From contig OZ246421.1 of assembly GCA_965231165.1 (NCBI GenBank), forward strand, positions 2,300,755 to 2,364,754: 64,000 nucleotides of DNA, written 5' to 3'. The stretch's first letter is position 1, and the number at the start of each line of letters is the position of its first letter. This DNA is from an uncultured Micavibrio sp. Lineage in GTDB: Bacteria; Pseudomonadota; Alphaproteobacteria; Micavibrionales; Micavibrionaceae. The notes beneath the pieces were generated by a model. The model was not told the origin of the DNA. It ran no database searches and was given only the letters and a program-made list of their open reading frames with translations. The position numbers and the translations under genes were made by a program. This document shows, in pieces, positions 1 through 9,383 of this stretch.

Positions 1-165
1 GCCTATGGTTTTTGTTTCGCTGTTCCCGCGTTTCAGGTTGATGCCCAGCAAAAAGAAAACATTTTCCTGCGGTATCCGGTGAGCGGGTATGGGCGGTTGG
101 CCATTCTGTGTAAACAGGGTTTTCAGGAGCATGCATTTTCTCAAATAGGGGTTGGCCAGTATTGA
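1..165 (+). CDS. 3' end of an unidentified CDS entering from the left edge (partial)
   Basis: Frame +1 is open from base 1 to TGA at 163-165 and is followed by AT-rich intergenic DNA. The competing minus-strand ORF (ATG at 132) uses three rare ATA codons. No family recognised. Confidence 0.3.
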   Translation, partial: AYGFCFAVPAFQVDAQQKENIFLRYPVSGYGRLAILCKQGFQEHAFSQIGVGQY

Positions 166-371
166 TACTATGTAAACACGTGTCTGGCAATATTATAGGT
201 ATTTTTGTTTATTTTCAGTACGTTGTATATATTCTGGCGGGTTGCGGGATACCGTAGCGGCTATCAGTATTGCGCAAAATATTAACATATTCTGGGTAAT
301 GTGCTACAGGGAGCCGGAACTTGTTTCGGGCTTGCCTGTGAACGCCCGTAAAAGCCAAGGAGCCAACGGTT

Positions 372-2255
372 TTGAGCAGTCACGGAGATAAAGACAAGGC
401 GGACAGCATTATGTCGGGTGCAGCGTGGTTGCGGGCGCCGGTGATAAACTTGACGGGTGCCGAGGGCGTACAGGCGCTGACCGATTATATGGCGCATCTG
501 GTGCGTACGCCGGAAGCCGATGTCGTTGATTATGAAGCGACGCGGGTGATGCCCTATATGGCCGCTTTGGGCAACCGTTTGCAGGCCGCACATCAGAATA
601 CGCCTGAACAACCGCCTTTTAAGCGCGCTGTGGTTGATTATCACCAACTGGGCGGTTGGCGCGTATCACCGGAAGCGCTTTACGATCAGAAACGCCTGAC
701 GGGCATGTTTAACCAGATGGCGGCTGATACGGGCACTATCATTCTTTCCGAGGTGGGTATGGCCTCGACAGATGTACTGAATCTATTGTCGCATTCCGAA
801 CAGGCGCAATCCGGTGATATTCAATTTTTCAGCAAGGGCATGGACGTCAACGGTTTCCGTTATCAACTTGGATTTATCCAGTGCTACAGGCCATCCGATG
901 GGGCATCGGTGGCTTTCCCTCTGATGGGGTTGGACAAGCGTGTTATGGAGATGTTTTTACCCGATGATTCAATCAACATGCTGGATTCCCTCAGCGGCAT
1001 GGCAACGGCAGGCAATCACGATGTGCTGCATCACCTGACCAGTACTGAGCTGAACAGCAATATCAACAGACAACGCGCTGAGCCTGATTACGCGCCGTCA
1101 TTAAATATGCTCCTTGAGTCCTATCTTGTTTTTGATGATGACCGTCCCCATGGCTATGAAAGCTGGGCGTTGGTTAGTCATGCTGCGACATGGCGTGAGT
1201 TGCGTGAAACGCCCGAGGCTATCAATCTGCAAATACAGACGGACCGTTATTATGACGCTATTGAGCGCCTGAATCAGGCGCTGATTGAGAAAAATACCGG
1301 AGATGTCACACGCTACAGGACAATTGATTATCTGTCCACGATCGGCGCTTATTCCCTGTTGCGGATTGTGCCGCTAACAGATCCGCTGATGGAGCGAGTG
1401 CTGATGCGTATGGAGAAGCTTTCGTCATCAGATGATGCGACGCTGGCCTGGTATATGCGCGAGCGTCACCGTAATGCTCAAACGAAATATCCTGAAAGAG
1501 CCAACCTGCCTGATTTGCAGGCGCTGTATCTTGCGTTGCTGGAGCGTCCCGGCTTTGTTATCCGAAAAACAGAGATGGATATCGGCGCGGCATTGGCCCA
1601 AAATCTCCGATATGAACTGGAAAAGCCGGTATCGGCGCGTAATCCGGCATTGATGGGCGCGGGCCGCTTGAATCTCAACGGGCCGTATGAAGAAGCCGCG
1701 CCCGAGATGCAGAGCGATATGCTGCAACTCATGAAGGCGCTGGGTCAGGTGCATTTTGATGATGGTTCTGTTCTTGCCGATCTTGCGGAAGTGCCTGAAT
1801 ATCGGCGCAACTTTATCCTGAATGAAATGCGCAATACCCGGGAGCAGACAGTGACGACCCTGTTCCGGGTTGTGCAAGCCTACTTGCACGGAAATCCGTT
1901 TGAGGATGATTTTCAGGACAATATTCACCGGCTGGGCATTATTCATTTTGATGGCTTGCGTCGGCAGGCTGATAGTATCGACCACCAATCTGATCCGCAT
2001 AGTTTGGCCTATCAGACGGCACGTAATTACAAGGCCGCCGGATATGACATACTGGGGCCGGAAGGCACCGCGCCAAACTGGCGGCAGATCAAGATGTGGG
2101 ATTTGATACGGACGCTGCCGATGATCGCCTATATGGGATCACCGGCAGCCGATGACGAGCATCTGTCCCAAATGCACCGTATTTCTGAAACGGTGGACCG
2201 GGGGGTTGTCAATATTGTGGGTGGTGTGGGCAAGCCTTCTTTGACGCCAGACTAG
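372..2255 (+). CDS. large hypothetical protein (627 aa), no recognisable domain
   Basis: Long ORF with TTG start at 372 and AAGGAG (357-362) 9 nt upstream. No signal peptide, TM segment or family motif seen. Confidence 0.6.
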   Translation: MSSHGDKDKADSIMSGAAWLRAPVINLTGAEGVQALTDYMAHLVRTPEADVVDYEATRVMPYMAALGNRLQAAHQNTPEQPPFKRAVVDYHQLGGWRVSPEALYDQKRLTGMFNQMAADTGTIILSEVGMASTDVLNLLSHSEQAQSGDIQFFSKGMDVNGFRYQLGFIQCYRPSDGASVAFPLMGLDKRVMEMFLPDDSINMLDSLSGMATAGNHDVLHHLTSTELNSNINRQRAEPDYAPSLNMLLESYLVFDDDRPHGYESWALVSHAATWRELRETPEAINLQIQTDRYYDAIERLNQALIEKNTGDVTRYRTIDYLSTIGAYSLLRIVPLTDPLMERVLMRMEKLSSSDDATLAWYMRERHRNAQTKYPERANLPDLQALYLALLERPGFVIRKTEMDIGAALAQNLRYELEKPVSARNPALMGAGRLNLNGPYEEAAPEMQSDMLQLMKALGQVHFDDGSVLADLAEVPEYRRNFILNEMRNTREQTVTTLFRVVQAYLHGNPFEDDFQDNIHRLGIIHFDGLRRQADSIDHQSDPHSLAYQTARNYKAAGYDILGPEGTAPNWRQIKMWDLIRTLPMIAYMGSPAADDEHLSQMHRISETVDRGVVNIVGGVGKPSLTPD

Positions 2256-2302
2256 TATTCCATCCTTTGCGGGGCACCAATGATTGCGCTTGCTTGGGCA
2301 GA

Positions 2303-3031
2303 TCAGGCATTGGCGCCGCCATCGACGGTGATTTCCGCGCCGGTGACATAGCTGGCGTCGGGCGAAGCGAGGAAAGCGGCCACGGCCGCCACTTCTTCCG
2401 GTGTGCCCAGACGTTTCATCGCGGTCACTGCTGCCGCATCCGGATTGCCCATATCGGTGGCAATCGGACCGGGCAGGATGGAATTGACCGTGATGCCCCT
2501 CAGGGCCAGATCGTGCGCCCAGGAACGGGTCAGGCCGTTGACCGCGAATTTACTCATGTTGTAGATGCTTAAGCCCGGAAAAATGCCGCGCTCGCCCAGT
2601 ACGCTGGAGAGGTTGATAATGCGGCCATTGTCCGGCAACACTTTGGAAACTGCCTGTGTCAGTGTGAAGACGGAACGTACGTTGATATTCAGTGTACGCT
2701 CCAGCGCGTCAAGCGGCGCATCCTGAATCGGGGCAGCCCCTTCGAGAATGCCCGCATTGTTCACTAGTATGTCGATGCGGCCATAATGTTTGACGACAGT
2801 GTCGGCAATTCCCTGCATGGTTTCGGGTTTGTTCGCATCGCCGTGCAGGACAAACGCTTTGCCACCAGCCTTCTCGATGTCTTTGGCGACTTCTTCGGCC
2901 TTGTCTTTCGATCCGCCATAGGTCAGGGCAATGGATGCCCCGTCTGCGGCCAGACGCTTGGCGATAGCGGCACCGATGCCGCGGGAACCGCCGGTGACGA
3001 GTGCGACTTTGCCTTCCAGTTTTTTGGTCAT
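2303..3031 (-). CDS. short-chain dehydrogenase/reductase (FabG-like SDR)
   Basis: TGGSRGIG Rossmann motif, NNAG, and catalytic S...YNMSK. ATG at 3031 has an AGGAAG RBS. Confidence 0.9.
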   Translation of the reverse strand: MTKKLEGKVALVTGGSRGIGAAIAKRLAADGASIALTYGGSKDKAEEVAKDIEKAGGKAFVLHGDANKPETMQGIADTVVKHYGRIDILVNNAGILEGAAPIQDAPLDALERTLNINVRSVFTLTQAVSKVLPDNGRIINLSSVLGERGIFPGLSIYNMSKFAVNGLTRSWAHDLALRGITVNSILPGPIATDMGNPDAAAVTAMKRLGTPEEVAAVAAFLASPDASYVTGAEITVDGGANA

Positions 3032-3075
3032 GATATTTCTTCCTTCTCTATAGATTTACGAATGTTGGTTACTGA

Positions 3076-4074
3076 TTAGTTCTGAAAGGCTTTACGCAGA
3101 GCGGCATTGGCCTGTTCAACGGCGGCCCCGACAGCGGGTGTTCCGGCCAGCGCATTGAGCATGACGAAATCATGGATGGTGCCGTTATAGCGCGTGACAG
3201 TGGTGCGGACGCCGGCATTAGTCAGCTTCTCGCCGAATGCTTCGCCTTCATCGCGCAGCAGGTCGTTACCGGCAGTGATGATCAGCGTTTCGGGCAGACC
3301 TTTAAGCTGTTCGACTTTAGCGCGCAGCGGAAACAAAGTGATGTCGTTCTGATCTGTATCCTTATCCAGCAGCGCGGCACCGAACCATTTCATCGCTGCC
3401 TTGGTCAACCACGGGCCATCGCCGAAGGCGGCATAGGAGCTGTTGTCCGATACGTTGTCGGTAACCGGGTAGAACAGGAGCTGCGTACTGATTTTTGGGC
3501 CTTTGCGGGCTTTTGACATCAACGACAGAGCGATAGCCATCGTGCCGCCTGCGCTGTCACCAGCCACGGCGATACGGGCAGCATCGACATTCAATTGATC
3601 GGCATGTGCCGCGACATATTCCAGCGCGGCATAGGCCTGTTCATGCGGTACGGGGAATTTCACGTCCGGTGTGCGGTCATAATCGACGAAAACGACAGCG
3701 GCATGAGAGCCGACGGCGATCTCGCGAACCAGGCGGTCATGGGTATTCTTGCTGCCGAGCATCCAGCCGCCGCCATGCGTATAGAGAATGACGGGGAGTT
3801 TTTCGTTTTGTGTGCCTTGCGGACGGACGATGCGGATTTCAACTTTGCCGGTCGGGCCAACGGGAAAGGCGACATCCATAATGTCAGCGGGCAATTTTTT
3901 CACGTCGATCTTTTGAACATTCTCCAGAACATCGCGCGCTTGCTCAGGGGTGAGGGTATAGAGGGGCGGTCCACCGGCGGCCGCGACAGCATCAAGGAAG
4001 CCTTTGGTTTGCGCTTCCAGAAAGATGGGTTTGCCAGCGGCGGGCGTTACGGATTTCAGGGCTGTATTGGTCAT
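3076..4074 (-). CDS. alpha/beta hydrolase, hormone-sensitive-lipase (family IV) type esterase
   Basis: HGGGW oxyanion-hole motif, GDSAGG nucleophile elbow, and C-terminal DLLRDEG...HDF. Confidence 0.85.
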   Translation of the reverse strand: MTNTALKSVTPAAGKPIFLEAQTKGFLDAVAAAGGPPLYTLTPEQARDVLENVQKIDVKKLPADIMDVAFPVGPTGKVEIRIVRPQGTQNEKLPVILYTHGGGWMLGSKNTHDRLVREIAVGSHAAVVFVDYDRTPDVKFPVPHEQAYAALEYVAAHADQLNVDAARIAVAGDSAGGTMAIALSLMSKARKGPKISTQLLFYPVTDNVSDNSSYAAFGDGPWLTKAAMKWFGAALLDKDTDQNDITLFPLRAKVEQLKGLPETLIITAGNDLLRDEGEAFGEKLTNAGVRTTVTRYNGTIHDFVMLNALAGTPAVGAAVEQANAALRKAFQN

Positions 4075-4116
4075 GATGTCTCTCTTTTCTTTTCGGTTAT
4101 TGTTATGGGGCAGTGA

Positions 4117-4218
4117 TTACAAAGTGGGTTTTTGTGTTTTGGGCAGGGGCGGCTTCACTGAATAGCCATCGTGAGCCAGCCACATTTCAACCGCGTGATA
4201 TTGTTGTTCGACTGTCAT
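4117..4218 (-). CDS. candidate 33-aa leader/small ORF upstream of the esterase-SDR genes
   Basis: ATG at 4218 has AAGGA 8-9 nt upstream. Sequence is MTVEQQYHAVEMWLAHDGYSVKPPLPKTQKPTL. It lies downstream of a good promoter and is too short for the ORF track. Confidence 0.3.
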   Translation of the reverse strand: MTVEQQYHAVEMWLAHDGYSVKPPLPKTQKPTL

Positions 4219-4250
4219 TTTTTTATTCCTTCGCTTGTAGTGTTATATTG

Positions 4251-4266
4251 TGTACCGTTAAGTACA
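4251..4266. promoter_or_regulatory. TGTAC-N6-GTACA inverted repeat abutting the -10 box (candidate operator)
   Basis: TGTACCGTTAAGTACA sits directly next to the predicted -10 of the minus-strand promoter. A second TACC-N4-GGTA palindrome lies just upstream of the -35. Confidence 0.35.
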
Positions 4267-4295
4267 ATAATAGATGCGGCAGTGGATAGCGTCAA
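4267..4295 (-). promoter_or_regulatory. sigma70-type promoter for the sORF-esterase-SDR unit
   Basis: On the minus strand: TTGACG (4290-4295), a 17-nt spacer, then TATTAT (4267-4272). Confidence 0.45.
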
Positions 4296-4352
4296 TACAA
4301 ATCTGTACCAATCGGTAATTTATTTTACAAGGCTTTGATTATAAACGATTAA

Positions 4353-4859
4353 TTACGCAGTTTTGAGCAGATCCTGAAGATCTAGCGGGTCTGAAGTCAT
4401 ATGCAACTCACCGTCCGGGGTAAGTGGCCACTCGTTTTCGGGCCTGTCCCAGTACAATTCGACGCCATTCCCGTCCGGATCACGCAGGTAGAGCGCTTGG
4501 CTGACGCCATGGTCGGCGGCGCCTTCCAGTGCAATGCCTGCTTTCGTCAAACGCCGCAGAGTATCGGCCAGTGCCCTGCGCGTCGGATAAAGAATGGCGA
4601 GGTGGTAAAGGCCGGTGCTGTGCGGCGGCGGGGGCGGGGCGTCTTTGCTTTCCCACGTATTCAATCCGATATGGTGATGGTAATCACCCGCCGCTATAAA
4701 GGCCGCGCTCTTGCCGTAGCGCTGGGTGACGTGAAAACCCAGTACATCGCGGTAGAAGGACAAGGCGCGTTCGATATCAGCGACCTTCAGGTGCACGTGG
4801 CCGATGCGGGTGCCGGGGTCGATGGGTTCTGGAGGTAGCGTTTCTGTCATCATGGCCAT
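4353..4859 (-). CDS. VOC family protein (glyoxalase/bleomycin-resistance/extradiol dioxygenase fold)
   Basis: HVHLKVADIERALSFYRDVLGF and HHIGLN...HLAI pattern typical of VOC/catechol-2,3-dioxygenase-like proteins. Confidence 0.8.
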   Translation of the reverse strand: MAMMTETLPPEPIDPGTRIGHVHLKVADIERALSFYRDVLGFHVTQRYGKSAAFIAAGDYHHHIGLNTWESKDAPPPPPHSTGLYHLAILYPTRRALADTLRRLTKAGIALEGAADHGVSQALYLRDPDGNGVELYWDRPENEWPLTPDGELHMTSDPLDLQDLLKTA

Positions 4860-4968
4860 TTACCTAGGCCATCATGCTGATGTTTCAATGATTCTTATAT
4901 TACGGGAACCATCATTTTCTTGCCGCGTTTGTCCGGCAGTGGTTGTTTATAACAGACAAGGATGCGCG

Positions 4969-5436
4969 ATGGCCAATACGCACATGCATATCGACGAGCA
5001 TACTAGCCGCCACGGATTTAATCTGGGTCGGGGCGCGCCTCCGGTGCTGGAATCCAGTGTGTTGCTGACATTGGCGGGAGCGGGAATGGCTTTGATCGGT
5101 TTGCCGTTTGCGGCTTTCGGCGGCAATGTTCAGATTTTCGGGTTGATCCTGCTGTTAAGCGGCGTGGCGTCGTTTTTGTACGGTGCGGTGACGGGCGGGG
5201 CTTTCATTATCAGTGGTTACGTGCGTGATTTTAGAAAGCACTGGCGGCCCCGTTATAAGAAAGCGCTTTTGACCGGGGCGCTGGCGGGATTGTTTTTTTC
5301 GCTGCCTTATCTTCCGGCGGCACCGATCCTGATGATTGTCTGTGCGGCGGTGGCGGTGCATTTTGTGCGCAAGGCCTCGGGCGATACGGCTTTTCCCGCC
5401 TTTCCTGCGGAAGATAGCGATACACGCCAGCGATGA
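4969..5436 (+). CDS. hypothetical integral membrane protein (about 4 TM)
   Basis: I moved the start to ATG 4969 (MANTHMH...) because the track's 4804 start overlaps the VOC gene. Several hydrophobic Gly/Ala/Leu-rich segments. Confidence 0.55.
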   Translation: MANTHMHIDEHTSRHGFNLGRGAPPVLESSVLLTLAGAGMALIGLPFAAFGGNVQIFGLILLLSGVASFLYGAVTGGAFIISGYVRDFRKHWRPRYKKALLTGALAGLFFSLPYLPAAPILMIVCAAVAVHFVRKASGDTAFPAFPAEDSDTRQR

Positions 5437-5454
5437 CCGTGATATTATGGGCGT

Positions 5455-5703
5455 ATGACGGCGCACCGGAAAATCAATATCAAGCTTACACCCAAGGCGT
5501 CTTCTGATCGTATCGGCGATATGCGTCCCGGTGCCGATGGCGGTGAGGTGCTGGCGGTTTATGTGACGGCGGTGCCGGAGGACGGTAAAGCGAATGAAGC
5601 GATGATTCGTCTTCTGGCGGCGCATTTTGACGTGGCGCCTTCATCTGTGGTAATCGTGCGCGGGCATACCAGCCGCCACAAAACGATTGAGATTCCAATA
5701 TGA
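5455..5703 (+). CDS. DUF167 (YggU) family protein
   Basis: KLTPKASSDRI...VTAVPEDGKANEAMIRLLA...VRGHTSRHKTIEI matches the YggU pattern. Confidence 0.8.
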   Translation: MTAHRKINIKLTPKASSDRIGDMRPGADGGEVLAVYVTAVPEDGKANEAMIRLLAAHFDVAPSSVVIVRGHTSRHKTIEIPI

Positions 5704-6083
5704 GTAACACTGAACTTCCCGTCACCGACAAACCACCGTTCTGGCCACAGGCAAAATTGGCTTTGGCCGGGCGCTGTCCGCATTGCGGTAAAGGGAAATT
5801 ATTTCGCAGTTATCTGAAGCAAGTGAGTGACTGCGCGGAGTGCGACGAGCATTTCGGTGATATCCGCGCCGATGACGGTCCGGCGTGGCTGACGATTTTG
5901 GCGGTTGGTCACATCATTGTGCCGCTGGTGGTGGAGTTCGAACGCGATCCCGTCTGGCCGATGTGGGTATCGATGTTGCTGTGGCCGTCACTGGCGCTGG
6001 TGTTGTCGCTGGCGTTGCTGCCGCTTTCCAAGGGATTGTTTATTACTATTCTGTGGCGCGGACGCAAATTCAAAGCGGCTTGA
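5700..6083 (+). CDS. DUF983 domain membrane protein (zinc-ribbon plus 2 TM)
   Basis: CPHCGKGKLF...CAECDEHF followed by two TM helices. Shares an ATGA start/stop overlap with the DUF167 gene. Confidence 0.8.
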   Translation: MSNTELPVTDKPPFWPQAKLALAGRCPHCGKGKLFRSYLKQVSDCAECDEHFGDIRADDGPAWLTILAVGHIIVPLVVEFERDPVWPMWVSMLLWPSLALVLSLALLPLSKGLFITILWRGRKFKAA

Positions 6084-6456
6084 TGTTCATACTGAAATTC
6101 TGATTGCCGTATTCAATGATTTTATTCACGCGCTGATGCATCGGCGAATCCGGCTCCAAATCCTTGAACGGGATAACGCCGGTGGCGCTGGTCTGATCGG
6201 TCGGGCGGCGCGGGTGGATTTCAAAAATCACGACGCGGCTGTATAGATCATAAAATCGCCGTGCGAAAATATCATCGAGTTTGCTGCCCGAGAGGCCTTG
6301 TAGAATTGTTCCCGGCGGGTTTTCCTCGCCGCCGCGCCCCAGTTCCTCGACCCAGCCATCGTTATTGAAGCGGATTTTCATGTGTGGTTCGAGCTGAAAA
6401 ATCATTTTGTTACCGGGGGCGGGTGGTTGCTTACTGCCTATCTTCGTGAATTTCAT
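6070..6456 (-). CDS. hypothetical protein (128 aa)
   Basis: ATG at 6456 (MKFTKIG...) is preceded by GAAAGGA. The longer 6546 start has no RBS. No family recognised. Confidence 0.5.
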   Translation of the reverse strand: MKFTKIGSKQPPAPGNKMIFQLEPHMKIRFNNDGWVEELGRGGEENPPGTILQGLSGSKLDDIFARRFYDLYSRVVIFEIHPRRPTDQTSATGVIPFKDLEPDSPMHQRVNKIIEYGNQNFSMNIKPL

Positions 6457-6641
6457 GGTGAAAATCCTTTCTGAAGCCATCGTTGTGACGTGCCTACGAT
6501 ACCATGAATTGTGAGAGGTCAAAATGCTCTCTGCGGCGCTGCTCATATCGTCTCATCACAACCGTATTCAGTTATGCTGCTATGCGAGGTAGCCGGGTTT
6601 ACGCACCCGGCGACTGTGGTGTAATCTCTGTCCCATAAATA

Positions 6642-7883
6642 ATGAAGACTAATAAAACAGGGACAAGTTTCATCATGGAGCAGGGGCGCGATTTCGCAGC
6701 CGGTCGGCGCGACGGCATTCAGAAGATACAGGCATTGATCCCTACGGATATTGAAAAATATGCCACCATGGTCGTCACTGACAATGCCACGTTCCTCAGC
6801 AAGCAAGATGCGTTGCATCCGCTGGTGCATATGGCGCGGGCGCTGACCAAGGCCAATCTCGATTGTTTCCGCGCGGCGGCGGACCAGCTTGAATCCGGGG
6901 TGACTGTATATCAACTGACGGGCGCGGTTTCTCTCCCTACTTACCGATGCATTATCGATGGTGATTATCAGGCCGGTGTGATGTCGGCGGTGGAAGATAT
7001 GATTGCGCTGCTGGGGACAATTGACGGCGCGGCGATCTATAAACCTTTTCAGGTGACGGGCAAGGCGCTGGGGCAACTGGCTGACGACAATGATATCCGC
7101 CTGTCAACGATGTGCACGTATAACCATGAAATGCTGGTCGATACCATATTTATGCGCATGTATGAAAATATCATCCGTAACATGACGAAATTGAAACATG
7201 TCGTTTATGAAGAGAGCGATGAGCCACCAAAGCGGCGCAATTTATTTTCTGGATTTGAAGCGGCGGTCAGGGCGCAGCAGGCGCCGCTTGATCGCTTCAG
7301 CAGCCGCCGTAACAAGATGCCTAAATTATGGCCACCACTGAAAACACAGGCGACGATCATGCTGGAATTTTCAGCAGCGACCGATAAGCCTGCGGATGTT
7401 GTTGTGCCTGTTCCCCTAAATGACAGCCGTTCTTATGCGGAGGGTTTCATGCGGGGCATGCGCGTCATTTATGATGAATTGCAGCTGGTGCATTTTGATG
7501 CTCTGGAGCGGGGCGAAGGTTACGTTTCCTATATCGGGCATGATACCGCCATGGGTAAGCTGGTGGGGCAGGTGGCGTTAAACCAATTCGCCATCCTGCG
7601 CGAGAATATGCGCGATGTTATGCATGAACGCCAAATTCTGGGCGCGGGCCAGAATTATGATGATGGCCTGAAAGGTGCGCAGACCCATGTCACGCAAATG
7701 GTCGCACAACTGCGGCAGCTACTGATGGCTGATCCGCGGACTGCTACCGATCTCAGCCAGACGAATGCGTTCGATTCCATCCAGCCCTTCTGGCTGCAGG
7801 AAATCAGTCGCGTTATCGACGCCGAACGCGCGCCTCGCAAGACGTCCGTGGCTGCCGAGCCCCGGAAACCCTCGGTTTCCTGA
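6642..7883 (+). CDS. hypothetical protein (413 aa), first gene of an orphan four-gene operon
   Basis: Long ORF with protein-like composition and no signal peptide or TM. An alternative start is ATG 6675. Confidence 0.6.
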   Translation: MKTNKTGTSFIMEQGRDFAAGRRDGIQKIQALIPTDIEKYATMVVTDNATFLSKQDALHPLVHMARALTKANLDCFRAAADQLESGVTVYQLTGAVSLPTYRCIIDGDYQAGVMSAVEDMIALLGTIDGAAIYKPFQVTGKALGQLADDNDIRLSTMCTYNHEMLVDTIFMRMYENIIRNMTKLKHVVYEESDEPPKRRNLFSGFEAAVRAQQAPLDRFSSRRNKMPKLWPPLKTQATIMLEFSAATDKPADVVVPVPLNDSRSYAEGFMRGMRVIYDELQLVHFDALERGEGYVSYIGHDTAMGKLVGQVALNQFAILRENMRDVMHERQILGAGQNYDDGLKGAQTHVTQMVAQLRQLLMADPRTATDLSQTNAFDSIQPFWLQEISRVIDAERAPRKTSVAAEPRKPSVS

Positions 7884-7974
7884 TTAAATCAAGCTGTCTG
7901 GCCGTATTAAGGTAAATCGAAAATTAATTATTTTCGGGTTTAATGGGGGCATAACCGTTTTCGGGGGCAGGAAC

Positions 7975-8316
7975 GTGGCTATGTCGGGGTTTGAGGAAAT
8001 CGGCGGTTTTCAGCCGCAAAATATGCAATATCCGGCGCTCGCCGCCAGCATGAACGTCAATCTGGTCGTCAATGAACATGGCCAGATATGGATTCTGCAC
8101 GACAAGCAATTTCCGTGTGTCTTGAACTGGGTGGAATATGACGCCGATGAAGGGAAGCTGGTCCTGGTTTCCCATGACGGCATGATGATTGATTTAGGAA
8201 TGACGGTGCAGCGGGCGATGCGTAATCGCATGATGGGCGCCACGCATATCAGCACCATGCTGGTCGGTGAAACCAGCATCGAGGATTTTTATATTTTGCC
8301 GCTGATAATCAGATAA
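7975..8316 (+). CDS. hypothetical small protein (111-113 aa)
   Basis: GTG at 7975, or ATG at 7981 with AGGA 9 nt upstream. No family recognised. Confidence 0.55.
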   Translation: MAMSGFEEIGGFQPQNMQYPALAASMNVNLVVNEHGQIWILHDKQFPCVLNWVEYDADEGKLVLVSHDGMMIDLGMTVQRAMRNRMMGATHISTMLVGETSIEDFYILPLIIR

Positions 8317-8346
8317 TAAGTAAAAAATTATAAGAGGGGACTTGGT

Positions 8347-9228
8347 ATGGCGCAATATGACAGGCACGGGAATGAAATCAATCCGGCGGGTAGCCGGATG
8401 GATTACCTGATCAGCACGGCGCGCAATGAGAAAAGCGAGCCTGGTGCCAATGTTGCCGAACTGGAAAAACTTGAAGCCAAGCTTGGCAATCTTAAAATTG
8501 AAAATCCGGGGAAATATTACGCGCTTGATAAGGCGTTGAAAGACGGCACCGGCAAGGATGACCGTCTGGCTGAAATTATTACCGCACCGGGACGTCCCGA
8601 TGCGGTGAACCGCCATATCCAGCAACTGATCGACAATCCCGGCAATGCCGATGCGATTATCAAGAACATGGAACGCGATGCCGCAACCAGCAAGCCTTCT
8701 GCCACTGTCAATAAGACGCCTGCGGCGGTAGCGGCGGCTCCTGCCAAGCCTGAGGCTCCGGCAGCGAGCAGCCAGTCATTTGTCGCGTCGGAAAATACAC
8801 CCAAGGTGAGCATTCCGGCAGATGTCGTCCGGCAGTCTCCGGGTGCGGCGACCACAGTGGGCGCGGTAGCGGGTGTTGATGTTGAAGTGCCACAGGCTGG
8901 CGCACCCGCTGGTGGCGCGGCGGGCGGCGGTATGCAAAATATGATGGCCTCCTTAAGCAATATCATGCCGCAACTGGGGCAAATGCTGCAGGAGATATTT
9001 GGCAAGCTGATGGGTGCCTTTGGCGGCTCTAAATCCCTGATGGATCAAGGCAACAATAACATGCTGGCCCAGAAGGCCATGGACATGACGGGTTCCAATG
9101 CAAAACTGACGTCTATCGATCCGCAAAGCGGTCGTGTCCTTGAGCCGAATGCGCCGAAGCCGGAGCTGGCACAGGAAGAACGTCCGCAGGTTGCGGGTCC
9201 ACGGGCGCAAGGTTTGTCAGTGGGTTAG
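8347..9228 (+). CDS. hypothetical protein with Ala/Pro-rich linker and Gly/Met/Gln-rich C-terminal region (293 aa)
   Basis: GAGGGGA RBS upstream. Central AAVAAAPAKPEAPAASS low-complexity tract, then GGAAGGGMQNMMASLSNIMPQLGQMLQEIFGKLMGAFGG. Confidence 0.6.
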   Translation: MAQYDRHGNEINPAGSRMDYLISTARNEKSEPGANVAELEKLEAKLGNLKIENPGKYYALDKALKDGTGKDDRLAEIITAPGRPDAVNRHIQQLIDNPGNADAIIKNMERDAATSKPSATVNKTPAAVAAAPAKPEAPAASSQSFVASENTPKVSIPADVVRQSPGAATTVGAVAGVDVEVPQAGAPAGGAAGGGMQNMMASLSNIMPQLGQMLQEIFGKLMGAFGGSKSLMDQGNNNMLAQKAMDMTGSNAKLTSIDPQSGRVLEPNAPKPELAQEERPQVAGPRAQGLSVG

Positions 9229-9383
9229 TGCTACGCCACTGCCCATAATCCTTCAATTATTCAGGTATGTAATCCCTTTTTTGGTTTCTGCTCCCGGAGG
9301 GGGACGGAATTTTTCTTGCGCAGACTTCCCAATTCTTATATTGAAAAATTGTATTTTCATAAATTCTCGATAGGGGGCGCATT

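Noticed and set aside
4804-4968. N-terminal extension of the membrane-protein ORF (track start 4804)
   Set aside because: The extension overlaps the VOC gene start on the other strand and reads as non-protein-like sequence. ATG 4969 gives a sensible N-terminus.
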